A DNA stretch of 64,000 nt from Puniceicoccaceae bacterium (GTDB taxonomy: Bacteria; Verrucomicrobiota; Verrucomicrobiia; Opitutales; Oceanipulchritudinaceae), in NCBI GenBank assembly GCA_040830765.1, contig JBFOMH010000003.1, positions 32,001 through 96,000 of the forward strand. The letters are read 5' to 3'. Positions 41,187 through 51,357 of this stretch are shown one piece after another (the stretch's first letter is position 1; each line of letters opens with the position of its first letter). The translations under genes were made by a program, and so were the position numbers. Below the pieces are notes generated by a model, which searched no databases, was not told the DNA's origin, and worked only from the letters and a program-made list of their open reading frames with translations.

Positions 41187-42446
41187 TTAATTGCGGGGGA
41201 TTTTGATCCCGCGCCGCAAATAGGTGGGAATATCAAGGTCTTCCCCCTCATAGATATTGCGCTGGGTTTTCTCAAAGAGGCCACGGTTGTCCTCCGGGGA
41301 CGGAAAGGCGAATTCCTCCTGTTGACGCTTGGCGGCCATGACCGGGGCCGACATGGCGAAGGATTCTGCCGGCTTGAGGGGTTTCGCAAGGGGCTCATTG
41401 TCCGGGATGCTGGCCGCTGAGACAGGAGCATAACCCTTCGCGGCCGAGGCGCTGCAGACGGTTCCCATGACAGTAATGCGCAACTGGTTGTAGAAGCTGC
41501 CGTCAATGGAGGCTCCCATGATGATGGAATTTCGGCACCCGAAAATTTCCCCGACCACATCCATTGCCTTGTTCACGGTGGCCATGGTCATGTCCGGTCC
41601 ACCGGTCAGGTTGATAATGAGCTGGTCCGTATCCTTGATAAACCCGCTGTCCGGCAGATGGAGGAGAGGACAGCCTTTCAAATCCTGCAGGGCCTGATCA
41701 ACCAGGTTGTCCCCCTTGCCATAACCAGTGCCGAAAATGGTCTTTCCCCCGGGTTCCGCAAGGGCGCTTTGCAAGGTCGAGAAATCGACATTGATGAGCC
41801 CGGTATTGAAAAGCATGGACCAGATTGAATGCACACCCAGCTTGATCCACTTGTCGGCCAGGGCAAACGCCTCCATCAGGGTGGCATCCTCCTCGATCTG
41901 CTCGAAAATCAAGTCATTGGGCAGCGTGATGACGGCGTGACAATGCTTCCGCATGTCAGCGAGTGCTTTTTCCGCACGTTCGGACCGGGCCGCGCCTTCC
42001 CGCTTGAAGGGAATGGGCGTAAAGGCAATCACCAGTGCTCCCTGGGAAGCCGCCTGTTCGGCAATGAATGGAGCCGCCCCACTCCCGGTACCACCACCAA
42101 GGCCGGCCAGAAGGAAGATAAGGTCCACCCCCCTGACGATTTCGCCAAGGGCGTCCACGTCGGACTCCGCCGCCATCCGACCCTTGTTTACTGAGCCCCC
42201 GGCGCTCTTGCCATTGGTAACGGTTCGACCAAGAAGGAAGGTCTCCTCAACCGGTGATGCCGAAAGGACCTGGCTGTCGGTATCGATGGCGGTCAGGTGG
42301 ACTTGCTCCAGATCCTCCAGCTTGATGCGGTCAACCGCATTGGTACCGGCTCCACCAACGCCGATAATCTTGATGCGCAATCCACCGTCGGGCAGCTGGT
42401 CACTGACAAGGGGGTCCTCTTCCGGGAAAAAGCCTGGCTGTTCCAT
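41187..42446 (-). CDS. ftsZ: Cell division protein FtsZ (divergent T7 loop)
   Basis: IGVGGAGTNAV, GLGGGTGSG, PF..EG..R and C-terminal DLDIPTYLR. Confidence 0.95.
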   Translation of the reverse strand: MEQPGFFPEEDPLVSDQLPDGGLRIKIIGVGGAGTNAVDRIKLEDLEQVHLTAIDTDSQVLSASPVEETFLLGRTVTNGKSAGGSVNKGRMAAESDVDALGEIVRGVDLIFLLAGLGGGTGSGAAPFIAEQAASQGALVIAFTPIPFKREGAARSERAEKALADMRKHCHAVITLPNDLIFEQIEEDATLMEAFALADKWIKLGVHSIWSMLFNTGLINVDFSTLQSALAEPGGKTIFGTGYGKGDNLVDQALQDLKGCPLLHLPDSGFIKDTDQLIINLTGGPDMTMATVNKAMDVVGEIFGCRNSIIMGASIDGSFYNQLRITVMGTVCSASAAKGYAPVSAASIPDNEPLAKPLKPAESFAMSAPVMAAKRQQEEFAFPSPEDNRGLFEKTQRNIYEGEDLDIPTYLRRGIKIPRN

Positions 42447-42464
42447 ATGTCGTCTCGTTTGTGG

Positions 42465-43676
42465 TTAACTGAACAGGCCGGTAACCTTCTTGAGCCACTT
42501 CTTCTGGCCACCGGGTTGGTTCTGTTCCTCTTCCTTTTGATCGTGAAGGGCGTTGTAGAGAAGGCCGAGTACCGTTGCATACTCCGGTTCACGCAGCTCC
42601 TCATGCCGGACCCAGTCGGGGCTTTGGCCCAGTGCGACCGGGACGTCGAGTGTCACTTCGGCAAGATCGGCAATTAGCGGTGTTTTCGATACGGCCCCGG
42701 TAAGGATGATGCCGCCGGGAAGATTCTGCCGGGTAAGGGCACTGCCAAGCCGGTTCTTGAGGATAATGAAAAGCTCCTCCAACCGTGCATGTGTGATCTT
42801 GTTGATCGTCAGTTGCGAATGGAAACTGTCCCCGATATTGAGGTCGCCGACAAGGGGCACCTTCTGGGTGCGGTCTTCCTTCTGCACCATGGCCCGGGCA
42901 CACCGGACCTTGAGGTTTTCCGCCAGCTTGCTCTTGACCCGAAGTCCGAGCCCAAGATCGTTTGTCACGTGGTCCCCACCGACAGGGATGACGCCAGTCT
43001 GGGCAATGCGACGCCCCTTGTAGAGCGCAAAGTCGGTCACGCCCTTGCCGATATCAACCACCAGTACGCCCTGGCGCTTTTCCTCCTCGGTCGCCAGCAA
43101 ACTCCCCGATGCCAGTGAAGAAATGACGATGTCATTCACATCGAGGCCGAATCCATTGACCACCATAATGTGGTCCTTGACCTTCTGTTCGTCCGCCACC
43201 ACGTGCCAGTACTGCACTTCAAGATGGGAGCCCTCACGGGAAATCGGGTTGAGCACCGGCTGACCGTCGAGGATAAAGCCACTCCGGATATGGTGGATAT
43301 AGACTTCGCCCGGCTCCAAGACCTTGCTCTTGGCATTGTCCACGGCACGCTTGATGTCGGATTGGGTAACGATATTCTCACTACCGCTGATGGCGGTCGC
43401 GCCGGCATGACGGAATCCCCAGAGGTGTGTGCCGGAGAGGGAAAGGTAGACATGCTCAATCTGGGCCCCAGCTGTCCGTTCCGCTGACATGATAGCGGCA
43501 TGGGTGCAGTCACTGACGCTGCGGAGGTCAACGATCTCCCCCTTCTTCATACCGGAGTTGGTCGACTGCCCGCGCCCGATGATGTTCATCGAACGTCCGT
43601 CGGTCATCTCCGCCACAAGGACGACAACTTTGGATGTTCCTATCTCGATTGCCCCGACAATTTTTGACCGACTCAT
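42465..43676 (-). CDS. ftsA: Cell division protein FtsA
   Basis: EIGTSK, VDIG, PVGGDHVTND, AENLK and ILTG motifs; dcw position. Confidence 0.95.
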   Translation of the reverse strand: MSRSKIVGAIEIGTSKVVVLVAEMTDGRSMNIIGRGQSTNSGMKKGEIVDLRSVSDCTHAAIMSAERTAGAQIEHVYLSLSGTHLWGFRHAGATAISGSENIVTQSDIKRAVDNAKSKVLEPGEVYIHHIRSGFILDGQPVLNPISREGSHLEVQYWHVVADEQKVKDHIMVVNGFGLDVNDIVISSLASGSLLATEEEKRQGVLVVDIGKGVTDFALYKGRRIAQTGVIPVGGDHVTNDLGLGLRVKSKLAENLKVRCARAMVQKEDRTQKVPLVGDLNIGDSFHSQLTINKITHARLEELFIILKNRLGSALTRQNLPGGIILTGAVSKTPLIADLAEVTLDVPVALGQSPDWVRHEELREPEYATVLGLLYNALHDQKEEEQNQPGGQKKWLKKVTGLFS

Positions 43677-43707
43677 TGTTGCTATTCTCAGATGGTGAAA
43701 ATCATGG

Positions 43708-44592
43708 TTAGCGGATAACCGCTTCCTCTCCGAATGACAAATCTATCAACTTTGGCTGGGCCAGTTGATGTCTTTGTATGTGTTGCAGAATTCCCGCCAG
43801 GCGTTCGATTTGTTCCTCGATGCCATAGGTGGAAAAAACGATTTCCTCGATGTGGGTGCTCTTTACCTTGACCAGCGAGGGCCGGTAATCCACCTCGGGA
43901 TTCCAGTCGCTCAGGTCGACTACCTGCCAGTGCCGGTAGACAGCAGGCAAGCGCTTCTGGGCCGTATCAAGGAGGAAAGCGACCGCCTCCAGTCCGGTAA
44001 CCGGCTGATAGCCTGTTCCATCCTTGCGCACCCGGAGCCCGGCGACTCCCGGAAGGTTCCGCAGGGTTTCCGCAGGATAGAGGGCTCCCCGGTATATGGT
44101 CCCGTCCCGGGCGATCAGCAAGGTCGAGGAAGAACCATCTTCATTGCGGACCCGCATCCGGAGAATTGGCTCCCGTTCCTCAAGGGCTACCTCGATGTGC
44201 GATGGCAGCGACAAGGTGACTTCTGCCGTCGAAACCTGCCCGTATCGTTCAAGCTGCTCTTTCAGGACACCGACATCAATCTGCCGTAATTCCATGCGGA
44301 GGGTATCGGAGAAAGAATCGCGGAACCAGTTTTCTGTCAAAACCCCGTCGGAGGCAAATTTAACATCTACCATTGCACCAGCAAAGCGGACCGACGTTCC
44401 CTTGCCCAAACCACCGAGATAGTAGATCGCAACGACCCCCGTGATGATGACGATGAAAAGCAATAGAGCCACCGCACTGCGAAGGAACAGCTTGAGGCTG
44501 CGTTGCCGCGCCACCTTGGTTGTCTTGCCCCGCTTGTTCGCTTGTTGGATATTCCTCCAGGAACTCGAGGCCTTCTTTGGTTTCCTGGTCAT
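43708..44592 (-). CDS. ftsQ: Cell division protein FtsQ/DivIB
   Basis: Basic cytoplasmic N-terminus, single TM, POTRA-like region, EREP and C-terminal IDL.F; lies between ddl and ftsA. Confidence 0.8.
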   Translation of the reverse strand: MTRKPKKASSSWRNIQQANKRGKTTKVARQRSLKLFLRSAVALLLFIVIITGVVAIYYLGGLGKGTSVRFAGAMVDVKFASDGVLTENWFRDSFSDTLRMELRQIDVGVLKEQLERYGQVSTAEVTLSLPSHIEVALEEREPILRMRVRNEDGSSSTLLIARDGTIYRGALYPAETLRNLPGVAGLRVRKDGTGYQPVTGLEAVAFLLDTAQKRLPAVYRHWQVVDLSDWNPEVDYRPSLVKVKSTHIEEIVFSTYGIEEQIERLAGILQHIQRHQLAQPKLIDLSFGEEAVIR

Positions 44593-45539
44593 CCGTTGCA
44601 TCCCTCCATTCGTCGCATTGCAAAGCTCGTCCACGAGAGGACCAGCTCGCTAAATGTCAAACCCAGGCAGCCGGCGGACTTCGGCAGCAGGCTGGTCGGC
44701 GTCATCCCTGGTAGTGTATTGACCTCGAGGAAGACCGCTTTCCCGTCCTCCCCAAGGCGAAAGTCGACCCGTGCCAAATCGCGGCATCCGCAGGCCCGGA
44801 AAATAACCAGGCTCCATTGCCTCAGCCGGGCCGCCAGTACCTCCGGCAGGTCAGCAGGCGCCTCATAGCGGCTCATCCCGCTGGTGTACTTGTGATCGTA
44901 ATCGTAAAGACCGCTTTTCGGGTAAACGGCAACAACCCCGAGGGCTTCGTCATTCAGGACCCCCACGGTCAGGTCATACCCGTCGATGAAGGTCTCGGCA
45001 ATATACTCGGAACTAGCAAGGTCCTCCCTCGCGCCATGGTAGTCCTCCTCCTGGTGGATCAGGTGAAGGCCAACACTACTTCCGTCCCGACGGGGCTTTA
45101 GGATGAACGTGTCTCCTAATTCGGATGCTACCTCACCATACTCAATTGGGCTGGTCGGTGAAAGAAGCAGGTCCTTGGCAACCGGCAGACCAAGGCGGTC
45201 AGCCATGGCCTTGCAGGCCAGTTTGTCAAAGCAGAGAACGCTCGATGCCTGGGCACAACCGGCATAGGCAAATCCACGGGATTCCAGTTCGGCGCTCAGG
45301 CGGCCGTCTTCACCGTATGTTCCATGGATGACCGGCAGGACAAGGTGAATGGAAGGACTTAGGTTCTCCGGGAGCCGATTCTCCTCCAACTCAAACAGGT
45401 CACAGGGGACACCAGCTGCCTCGAGCGCATCGGCCACTGCCTTGCCCGAAACCAGGGAAACGGCCCGCTCGGAGCTGCTGCCCCCGCAGAGGACAGCTAC
45501 CCTGCAACCCGTCGACCGGATTGCTTCAGGCAATCCCAT
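44589..45539 (-). CDS. ddl: D-alanine--D-alanine ligase
   Basis: GG.SSER.VSL.SG, HG.YGEDG, GSSVG, YDYDHKY, RVDF and EVNTLPG motifs. Confidence 0.95.
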   Translation of the reverse strand: MGLPEAIRSTGCRVAVLCGGSSSERAVSLVSGKAVADALEAAGVPCDLFELEENRLPENLSPSIHLVLPVIHGTYGEDGRLSAELESRGFAYAGCAQASSVLCFDKLACKAMADRLGLPVAKDLLLSPTSPIEYGEVASELGDTFILKPRRDGSSVGLHLIHQEEDYHGAREDLASSEYIAETFIDGYDLTVGVLNDEALGVVAVYPKSGLYDYDHKYTSGMSRYEAPADLPEVLAARLRQWSLVIFRACGCRDLARVDFRLGEDGKAVFLEVNTLPGMTPTSLLPKSAGCLGLTFSELVLSWTSFAMRRMEGCNG

Positions 45540-46686
45540 GCGTGACCTCCTCCCTGCCAGCGGCCTTCCCGGAAAGGCCCGGTCCGTCAACCGGTTGAAT
45601 GTACTGCCGCATGACATACCGGCAGATCTCTGATGCGGCATCGCCATGGATCAGCCGCCGCAGGTTCGCCCGTATCCGGCCCAGCAACCAGTCATTGAAT
45701 ATCAAGTCAAGTATCTCCCTGTAGAGGCCGTCCAATTGTGTTTGTTCGACAAGGATACATCCACCGCGCCGTTCGAGGTCGCGCGCATTGGCCAGCTGAT
45801 GCTGGTCAGCCGCATAGGGATAGGGAATGAGGATGCTTGGGGTAAGGCAATGGACCATCTCCGCGATGGTTCCCGCCCCCGCCCGGCTGATAACGACATC
45901 AGCGGCACTGAAGAGCTCGTGGAGGGCATTGTGAAAGGCAAATGTGCGGCACTCCACATGGGCTCCGGCATCGGAGGTGAAGGTCTCCTTCTCGGGTAAT
46001 GCCTGTTTCCCGGGGCCGGATACGAGGAAGATCCAGATGCCATCGGCGGCGAGGGACTGGCGATTGGCCCCGACCCATTGGTTGAGCGCCTGGGCTCCCT
46101 GGCTGCCACCGACCACGGCAAGCACCTTGGCGTGCATTGGAATACCCAGCTGCTTGCGGATATCCTCCTTGTAGATGTGGTGCACTTCGCGCCGCAAGGG
46201 CATGTTCAGCCGGCGGATGCGCCGGGCCTCGGTTCCGGGAAGCGCAACCCCGTCCGGCAGGTAGATGCGATCCGCCATGTTCGCCAATGTGCGGATGGAG
46301 CGACCCGCCTTGCGGTTGGCCTCATGCAGGACTACCGGAACCTTTTGTATCCAGGCAGCTATGACAAAACTGACACTCAGGTATCCGCCGAAGGCGACGA
46401 TGGCCGAAGGGCGGTTTTCACGCAAAAGCCCGAAGCTCTGAAAAAAACCAAACATGCTGCCGTAGATGAAGCGCAGGAGCCGGGCGGGTCTCCACCCAAA
46501 GGGTGCTCCCTTGGCCCGCTTGTAAGGAATGTCCGGATAGGCCTTGAGGAGACGGCTGTCGACCTCCTTCTCACTGATGATTAACTCGACCGGAATTTGC
46601 TCCTCCAGAAACCGCTGGGCGGTGGCGATTCCGGGGGCCAAATGCCCGCCTGTTCCACCGCAAATGATGTAGACTGGTTTCCGCAT
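45526..46686 (-). CDS. murG: Lipid II GlcNAc transferase MurG
   Basis: GGTGGH, GGY, HEAN, GGSQGA, RAGAGT and HQ..NA motifs. Confidence 0.95.
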   Translation of the reverse strand: MRKPVYIICGGTGGHLAPGIATAQRFLEEQIPVELIISEKEVDSRLLKAYPDIPYKRAKGAPFGWRPARLLRFIYGSMFGFFQSFGLLRENRPSAIVAFGGYLSVSFVIAAWIQKVPVVLHEANRKAGRSIRTLANMADRIYLPDGVALPGTEARRIRRLNMPLRREVHHIYKEDIRKQLGIPMHAKVLAVVGGSQGAQALNQWVGANRQSLAADGIWIFLVSGPGKQALPEKETFTSDAGAHVECRTFAFHNALHELFSAADVVISRAGAGTIAEMVHCLTPSILIPYPYAADQHQLANARDLERRGGCILVEQTQLDGLYREILDLIFNDWLLGRIRANLRRLIHGDAASEICRYVMRQYIQPVDGPGLSGKAAGREEVTHGIA

Positions 46687-46688
46687 GC

Positions 46689-47843
46689 CTAACTTCGAAA
46701 TTCCCGGGGTTGAAATTCCGGAGGATTGTTCCACTTCCAGATGCACCGGCAGATGATGCCGAACAGAAAATAGGTCACCACCAGATTGGAGCCACCGTAG
46801 CTGATGAACGGCAGGGACATTCCCTTGGTGGGGAGGCACCCGGTAGACACGCCCATGTTGATCATGGCCTGCAGGGTGATGAAAAGAAGGGACCCGCATA
46901 CCAGCATGAACTGATAGATATTCGGCGCCTTCTGCAACTGGTGCCAGGTAACGAGGAAAAAGAGGGAAAAGGCCGCCACTACCGAAAGGGTAAATACCAG
47001 TCCAAGCTCTTCCCCGATAATGGGGAAAATAAAGTCCGTATGGGCTTCCGGAAGAAAGGCGAACTGCTGCCGTCCATTGCCGAGCCCGACCCCATCGATA
47101 CCCCCGACACCAAAGCCGATCAGGCCCTGCCAGAGCTGGTAGGCCCCTTCGCTGCGGTTTCCCTCAACGTCGAGAAAGGCGAGAATCCGGCCCATCCGGA
47201 CCGGGTCATTGGCGATGGCCCAACCGAAGAGTCCGGCCCCGGCAACAGCGGTTGGGATTAGGTATTTCAGGGAGGAACCGGCCAGGAAGAGGAGAATTCC
47301 CCCGACCACGGCAAAAAGAAAAGCAGTCCCGAAATCGGGCTGCATCAGAATAAGGACAAAGAATACCCCTATGACACCCATTGGCAGAAGGAAGCCCTTG
47401 AAGAAAGTGTCGCGATGCCGCTGGACCAGGGAGAAGTATTGGGCCAGGCAAAGAATGTATCCAATTTTCGCGACATCGGATACCTGCATGTTCATCGGTC
47501 CGATATCAATCCACCGCCGGGCCCCGTTGATTTTCATGCCAATCCCGGGAACGAGCACAATTACCAGAAGGACAATGCCGCCCAGGGCAACCCACCACGA
47601 GGCTTTCCGCCAGCGCTCATAGTCGATAATCAAGGCGGACGCGAATCCGGTCATGGCAATTCCCATCCAGAGGCACTGGCGGAAGAAATAACCACCTACA
47701 CCTGATTCGTAGGCCCGGCCTATGCTCAGCAAAACAACCAGTCCCAATCCATTCAGGAAGAGGACGGAGAGGCCAAGGAAAACCACCGGCAAGCGACGGC
47801 CGATTGTGTAGCTCCAAAGTCTCTGGCTGTCCGCTGCTTGCAT
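46689..47843 (-). CDS. ftsW: SEDS peptidoglycan glycosyltransferase FtsW
   Basis: NGARRW, QPDFG, LPEAHTDF, GEELG and LPFISYGGS motifs. Confidence 0.95.
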   Translation of the reverse strand: MQAADSQRLWSYTIGRRLPVVFLGLSVLFLNGLGLVVLLSIGRAYESGVGGYFFRQCLWMGIAMTGFASALIIDYERWRKASWWVALGGIVLLVIVLVPGIGMKINGARRWIDIGPMNMQVSDVAKIGYILCLAQYFSLVQRHRDTFFKGFLLPMGVIGVFFVLILMQPDFGTAFLFAVVGGILLFLAGSSLKYLIPTAVAGAGLFGWAIANDPVRMGRILAFLDVEGNRSEGAYQLWQGLIGFGVGGIDGVGLGNGRQQFAFLPEAHTDFIFPIIGEELGLVFTLSVVAAFSLFFLVTWHQLQKAPNIYQFMLVCGSLLFITLQAMINMGVSTGCLPTKGMSLPFISYGGSNLVVTYFLFGIICRCIWKWNNPPEFQPREFRS

Positions 47844-48928
47844 TAATTATTGGGCTGGCTTCCGTCTTCGACTGCCTCCACTTCAACGAATGGCAGGTCC
47901 TCGTCTTCCAGTGCCTCCAGCACCGACATCGGATCTTCCTCGGTCGGTTCAGGAAGGGGTGCTTCATCAACAATGGTGGTCACCGGTTGAGTTGGCCGTG
48001 ACATCGTCTGCGGCGGGGGTGAGCTCTCTGGTTGGCTCCCTCCGGAAGATGGAATCACGAGGGTCTTCCCGACGTACAACTTGCGGGGATCAGAAATGTC
48101 GTTGGCGGCCATCAGCTCCGGTGCGGAGACCCCGAACCGGCGTGCGATGCCACTCGGGGTATCGCCGGGCTGGACTGTGTAGGTCTGGCCTGTGGCTGTC
48201 GAAGTCGAACGGGTGACCGAGGTTGTCGGAGCGGTATAGGTCGACCTGCTTCCAGACTCGGGAACGGCCAGTCGCTGACCAACAAAAATGGTGTCACTGG
48301 TCAATCCATTGAGGGCCTTCAATGCCTTGACGGTGGTGCCGTTGCGGGCAGCGATGGAGCTCAGGGTATCTCCCCGGGCAACCACGACTTCACGGCCGGA
48401 GTGTTCCACCTCAACGGAGGCGTCGGAATCCACCGGACGGGATGCCGGGACCATCAGGACCTGACCGACATAAATGACGGAGGATTTGCTCAAACCATTG
48501 GCGGCCAGCAGGGAATCCAGGGAGACACCCTCGCTTCGGGCAATACCGCTGAGCGTGTCACCCGGCTTGACGGTGTACTCGCTCTGGACCGGCGGTACGC
48601 TGAGCTCGTCCTGGACCGGCTCAAGGACCGGTTGCAGCACACCTGTATCCGGTGTGGAACGGGTTCCTCCCTCGGGCCGGGTCGGCGCACTGAGATTGCG
48701 CGAGCTGCTCGTCCGGGTCGTTGTTGTCGACGGGATACCCGCGTTGAATGCGCTGTCGAGTTCCGCTGGTTCCTGCGGGGCGTTGTAGGCCTCCGAAGGA
48801 GCCGGTGCGGTCATGCCGGGATCCGGGCGTTCGGAGGGCTGACTCTGGCAACCGGGCTGAATCAAGAGCAAGCCGATAACCGCGACGTGAAAGATGATAA
48901 CGAGACTGAACACTGACCAGATTTTCAT
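47843..48928 (-). CDS. Membrane-anchored protein with three LysM domains
   Basis: Three (Y)TVxxGDTLSxIA-type LysM repeats and an N-terminal TM. Confidence 0.92.
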   Translation of the reverse strand: MKIWSVFSLVIIFHVAVIGLLLIQPGCQSQPSERPDPGMTAPAPSEAYNAPQEPAELDSAFNAGIPSTTTTRTSSSRNLSAPTRPEGGTRSTPDTGVLQPVLEPVQDELSVPPVQSEYTVKPGDTLSGIARSEGVSLDSLLAANGLSKSSVIYVGQVLMVPASRPVDSDASVEVEHSGREVVVARGDTLSSIAARNGTTVKALKALNGLTSDTIFVGQRLAVPESGSRSTYTAPTTSVTRSTSTATGQTYTVQPGDTPSGIARRFGVSAPELMAANDISDPRKLYVGKTLVIPSSGGSQPESSPPPQTMSRPTQPVTTIVDEAPLPEPTEEDPMSVLEALEDEDLPFVEVEAVEDGSQPNN

Positions 48929-48952
48929 GATACTTATACCTTTTTAATTCAC

Positions 48953-50260
48953 TTAGACACTCCCCTTCTGATGCTTCAAACCTAAAACCGCATTTTCAAA
49001 ACAGATACCGCGTTCCATCATGTCACCATACTCTTCACCAGGAACAAAGCCGGGACTGTAGACGACGGGAACTTCCCCCTCGGCAAGATCGAAGGCCGCT
49101 TCGACTGCCTGGTTGAGATTGAGACATCCCGTGCAGGGAATTTTCCGATCCTCCAAAACCGGAAGGAGATGCCAGGCGGCGTTTCCGGTGATGACCGCAC
49201 CCTTTAGTCGGGAACCGATTTTGTCGATGAGGGCATCCGTAGGACCGCCCCGGAAATGACCGCCGCCGATCCACACAACCGGGGTCTTGAAGTTCTCAAT
49301 GGCCGCCTCGACTGCGGCAAAGTTGCGGGAATTGGCATCATTCCAGAAGGCGGTCTTGCCAATTATCGTGGAAACATGCAGCCGGTGGGCGCGGACCTCG
49401 AAGTGTTCCGCAGCACTCTTGAGGAGCGAATCCGAGTATCCCATCTCCAGCCAGTAGCGGCGATAGAGGGCCAGTGCCGGCCGGTGGATGCTGGTTGCGA
49501 ACGCGGTCCGGTCGGGCAGTTCCCAGTCCGGGTAATCCTCCTCCCGTGCAGTGTAGACCCGGTCGGGCAGGGGCCGGCCCAGTTCGCGGGACATTTCAAC
49601 AACCGAATCACCGAGGAAGAACATCGCTTTCGGACTCAATTGCATGAGACGCCGGAAACCATCGAAGGCAGCCCGCCTTTCATCTTCATCGACAAGGTGA
49701 TCCTCGCGGAAATTAGTCCAGAAAAGGGCATCGAAACGGAATTCCTTCAGGGGCTGGATGTAGTCGGGACCGAGTTCGCAGACAGCTGTCACCCCATCCA
49801 GTTCCTGGTGCACCGCGAGACGAGAAAGCGGGTAGGCATTCTGGCCAGCCGCGACTGCACTGATACCGGTCCTTTTGAGACTGAAGGTAATGAACTCCTG
49901 CAGGGTGGTCTTCCCATTGGTCCCGGTGACCACGAGGGTCGGTCCCCTTCGAAGTTGCTGGGCAAAGTCGATCTCGCTGACCACGCAGCAAGCCTCCCCA
50001 AGGGCTGTCTCGATCCATGGGTGATCCATCCTGAATGCCGGGCTGTGCAGGACAAGCCGGTGCCGCCGGGCGGCCGCTTCGTCAAAAGCGCGGTCCACCG
50101 AGTCTTCATCCCCGGCAAGCTCATCGTAAGTCATGTACTTCACCCCGAGCTTGTCGAGCAAGCTGCCAGCGGCATGCCCGCTGGCCCCATAACCAAAGAC
50201 GGCCACTGGCTGTTGCAGCAGTTCCTTATAGGCAGCGGGAATGTTCTCGGAAAGACTCAT
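48953..50260 (-). CDS. murD: MurD-like ligase (degenerate active site)
   Basis: VFGYGASG, SP, SEID, VTGTNGKTT, DHL, HRL and SPG; dcw position after mraY. Confidence 0.85.
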   Translation of the reverse strand: MSLSENIPAAYKELLQQPVAVFGYGASGHAAGSLLDKLGVKYMTYDELAGDEDSVDRAFDEAAARRHRLVLHSPAFRMDHPWIETALGEACCVVSEIDFAQQLRRGPTLVVTGTNGKTTLQEFITFSLKRTGISAVAAGQNAYPLSRLAVHQELDGVTAVCELGPDYIQPLKEFRFDALFWTNFREDHLVDEDERRAAFDGFRRLMQLSPKAMFFLGDSVVEMSRELGRPLPDRVYTAREEDYPDWELPDRTAFATSIHRPALALYRRYWLEMGYSDSLLKSAAEHFEVRAHRLHVSTIIGKTAFWNDANSRNFAAVEAAIENFKTPVVWIGGGHFRGGPTDALIDKIGSRLKGAVITGNAAWHLLPVLEDRKIPCTGCLNLNQAVEAAFDLAEGEVPVVYSPGFVPGEEYGDMMERGICFENAVLGLKHQKGSV

Positions 50261-51357
50261 CGCAGCTTCAGGGTGGCCAAACCAATTACAGCAAAAACAA
50301 GGGACATGATCCAGAAGCGAATAACCACCTGGGTCTCCGCCCATCCCTTGATTTCAAAATGATGGTGAATCGGCGACATCAGGAATATGCGCCGCTTGTA
50401 GAGTTTAAAAAATCCGACCTGCAGCATGACCGAGAGCACCTCGATAACAAATACGCCCCCGATCAGGACTAGGGTAATCGGCTGCAGGATCATGAAGGCG
50501 ACTATCCCGATCAGTCCGCCGAGAGCGAGACTACCGGTATCTCCCATAAAAATAGCCGCCGGATGGGCATTGTGCCACAGGAAGGCCAGGCAGGCCCCGC
50601 AAAGGATGGACAACAGGATGGTCAACTCCCCCGCTCCCGGCATGAAGGGAACAAGTAGGTAATCAGCGTAGATGGCATTACCGGCGGCATAGGCCATCAG
50701 GGCGTAGGCCATGGCAACGGTCAGGGTGCACCCGATGGCCAGTCCATCCACACCATCGGTCAGGTTGATGGCATTACTGGAACCGGAAAGGACCAGATAA
50801 AGGAAGACAAAGAGGAACGGCAGGGGCATAACAGCGATGATGGGCTCCTTGTAGAAAGGCAACCAAAGCTGGCGGATAAATCCGGCACTGTCCTCACTGG
50901 AAAGCAATAGAAGCAGTGCCAGCAGGGTCAGGATCGCCTGGCCAAGGAGCTTCATCCGGCCGGAAAGCCCCTTGCTGGTTCGCCGCTTGATAATGAGATA
51001 GTCATCGAGGAAACCGATGATCGTCAGGCCGGTGAAGACAACCAGGGCTGTGACCACGTAAATATTGAGCTGGGCCCAGAGCAGTGTGCTTACTGCAACA
51101 GCGACAAAGACGATCAATCCGCCCATCGTGGGGGTGTTTTTCTTGCTGTTGTGGAGGTCCGCCAACCGGCCCACCTCCTCCGCCGACCGGAGGACCTGCT
51201 GCACCTTGAGCGCCTTGAGGCGGGCAATGAGGAATGGAGCAATCAACATGCCGAGCATCATTGCGGTAGCGGCTCCGCCCATTGCCCTGAAAGAGATGTA
51301 ACGGAAGAGCCGCAGGGGACCCCAGATGGACTCAAGGTCGGCCAGATAGCTCAGCAT
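50257..51357 (-). CDS. mraY: Phospho-N-acetylmuramoyl-pentapeptide transferase
   Basis: TPTMGG, DD, NAINLTDGVDG, FMGDTGS and PIHHHFE motifs. Confidence 0.97.
   Translation of the reverse strand: MLSYLADLESIWGPLRLFRYISFRAMGGAATAMMLGMLIAPFLIARLKALKVQQVLRSAEEVGRLADLHNSKKNTPTMGGLIVFVAVAVSTLLWAQLNIYVVTALVVFTGLTIIGFLDDYLIIKRRTSKGLSGRMKLLGQAILTLLALLLLLSSEDSAGFIRQLWLPFYKEPIIAVMPLPFLFVFLYLVLSGSSNAINLTDGVDGLAIGCTLTVAMAYALMAYAAGNAIYADYLLVPFMPGAGELTILLSILCGACLAFLWHNAHPAAIFMGDTGSLALGGLIGIVAFMILQPITLVLIGGVFVIEVLSVMLQVGFFKLYKRRIFLMSPIHHHFEIKGWAETQVVIRFWIMSLVFAVIGLATLKLR

Noticed and set aside
42465..43676. FtsA EIGT motif as a degenerate ATP site
   Set aside because: E. coli FtsA also has Glu at this position, so it is not unusual.
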